Below are positions 63,768 to 64,000 of a stretch of 64,000 nucleotides of DNA, piece by piece (the first letter of the stretch is position 1; each line of letters starts with the position of its first letter). Location of the stretch: contig OX597835.1 of assembly GCA_951406725.2 (NCBI GenBank), positions 19,406,001 to 19,470,000 on the forward strand, read 5' to 3'. The notes under the pieces were generated by a model. The model was not told the DNA's origin, ran no database searches, and saw only the letters and a list, made by a program, of their open reading frames with translations. Position numbers and translations under genes: made by a program. Source of the stretch: Octopus vulgaris (Eukaryota).

Positions 63768-64000
63768 CTCCTTCAATTTTATCCCTGTGTCGAATTTCCG
63801 AATGCAAATGTAATTTAGTATTGCATCATAAATTTAATTAAACGTTTGATGTACATTTTTCTTCACAATAAATGTCGTTCATATTTTTTTCTTTGTGCAC
63901 ATTTTAGGAGAAATTTGAAATTTGTTCCCGATTTATTTCCTGATTCGATTCATTTACATGTCAAATAATATTTTTTTAAAAAGTATCCTGATGTTTTACT

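Overview
AT-rich, microsatellite-saturated eukaryotic intronic or intergenic DNA. The tRNA-derived SINE repertoire, RTE/CR1/Dong LINE fragments and repeat load suggest a coleoid cephalopod, most likely Octopus (inference from recalled repeat families, not a search). There is no complete protein-coding gene, and almost all tracked ORFs are microsatellite artefacts. Supported features are many SINE copies (four head/body types with swapped tails), truncated RTE, CR1 and R4/Dong LINE ends, a decayed DD37D (maT) transposon, two TA-flanked MITEs, Helitron 5' ends with a RepHel N-terminus, a ~6.5 kb structured (AAT)n array and one candidate host exon. The most interesting signal is a set of short non-coding elements at (TA)n tracts that carry type I hammerhead ribozyme folds with palindromic stem III, in three distinct families (Penelope-pLTR/retrozyme-like). 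One family has an intact catalytic core and an unusually long stem II, and another is frozen as a perfect 93-bp fold-back.
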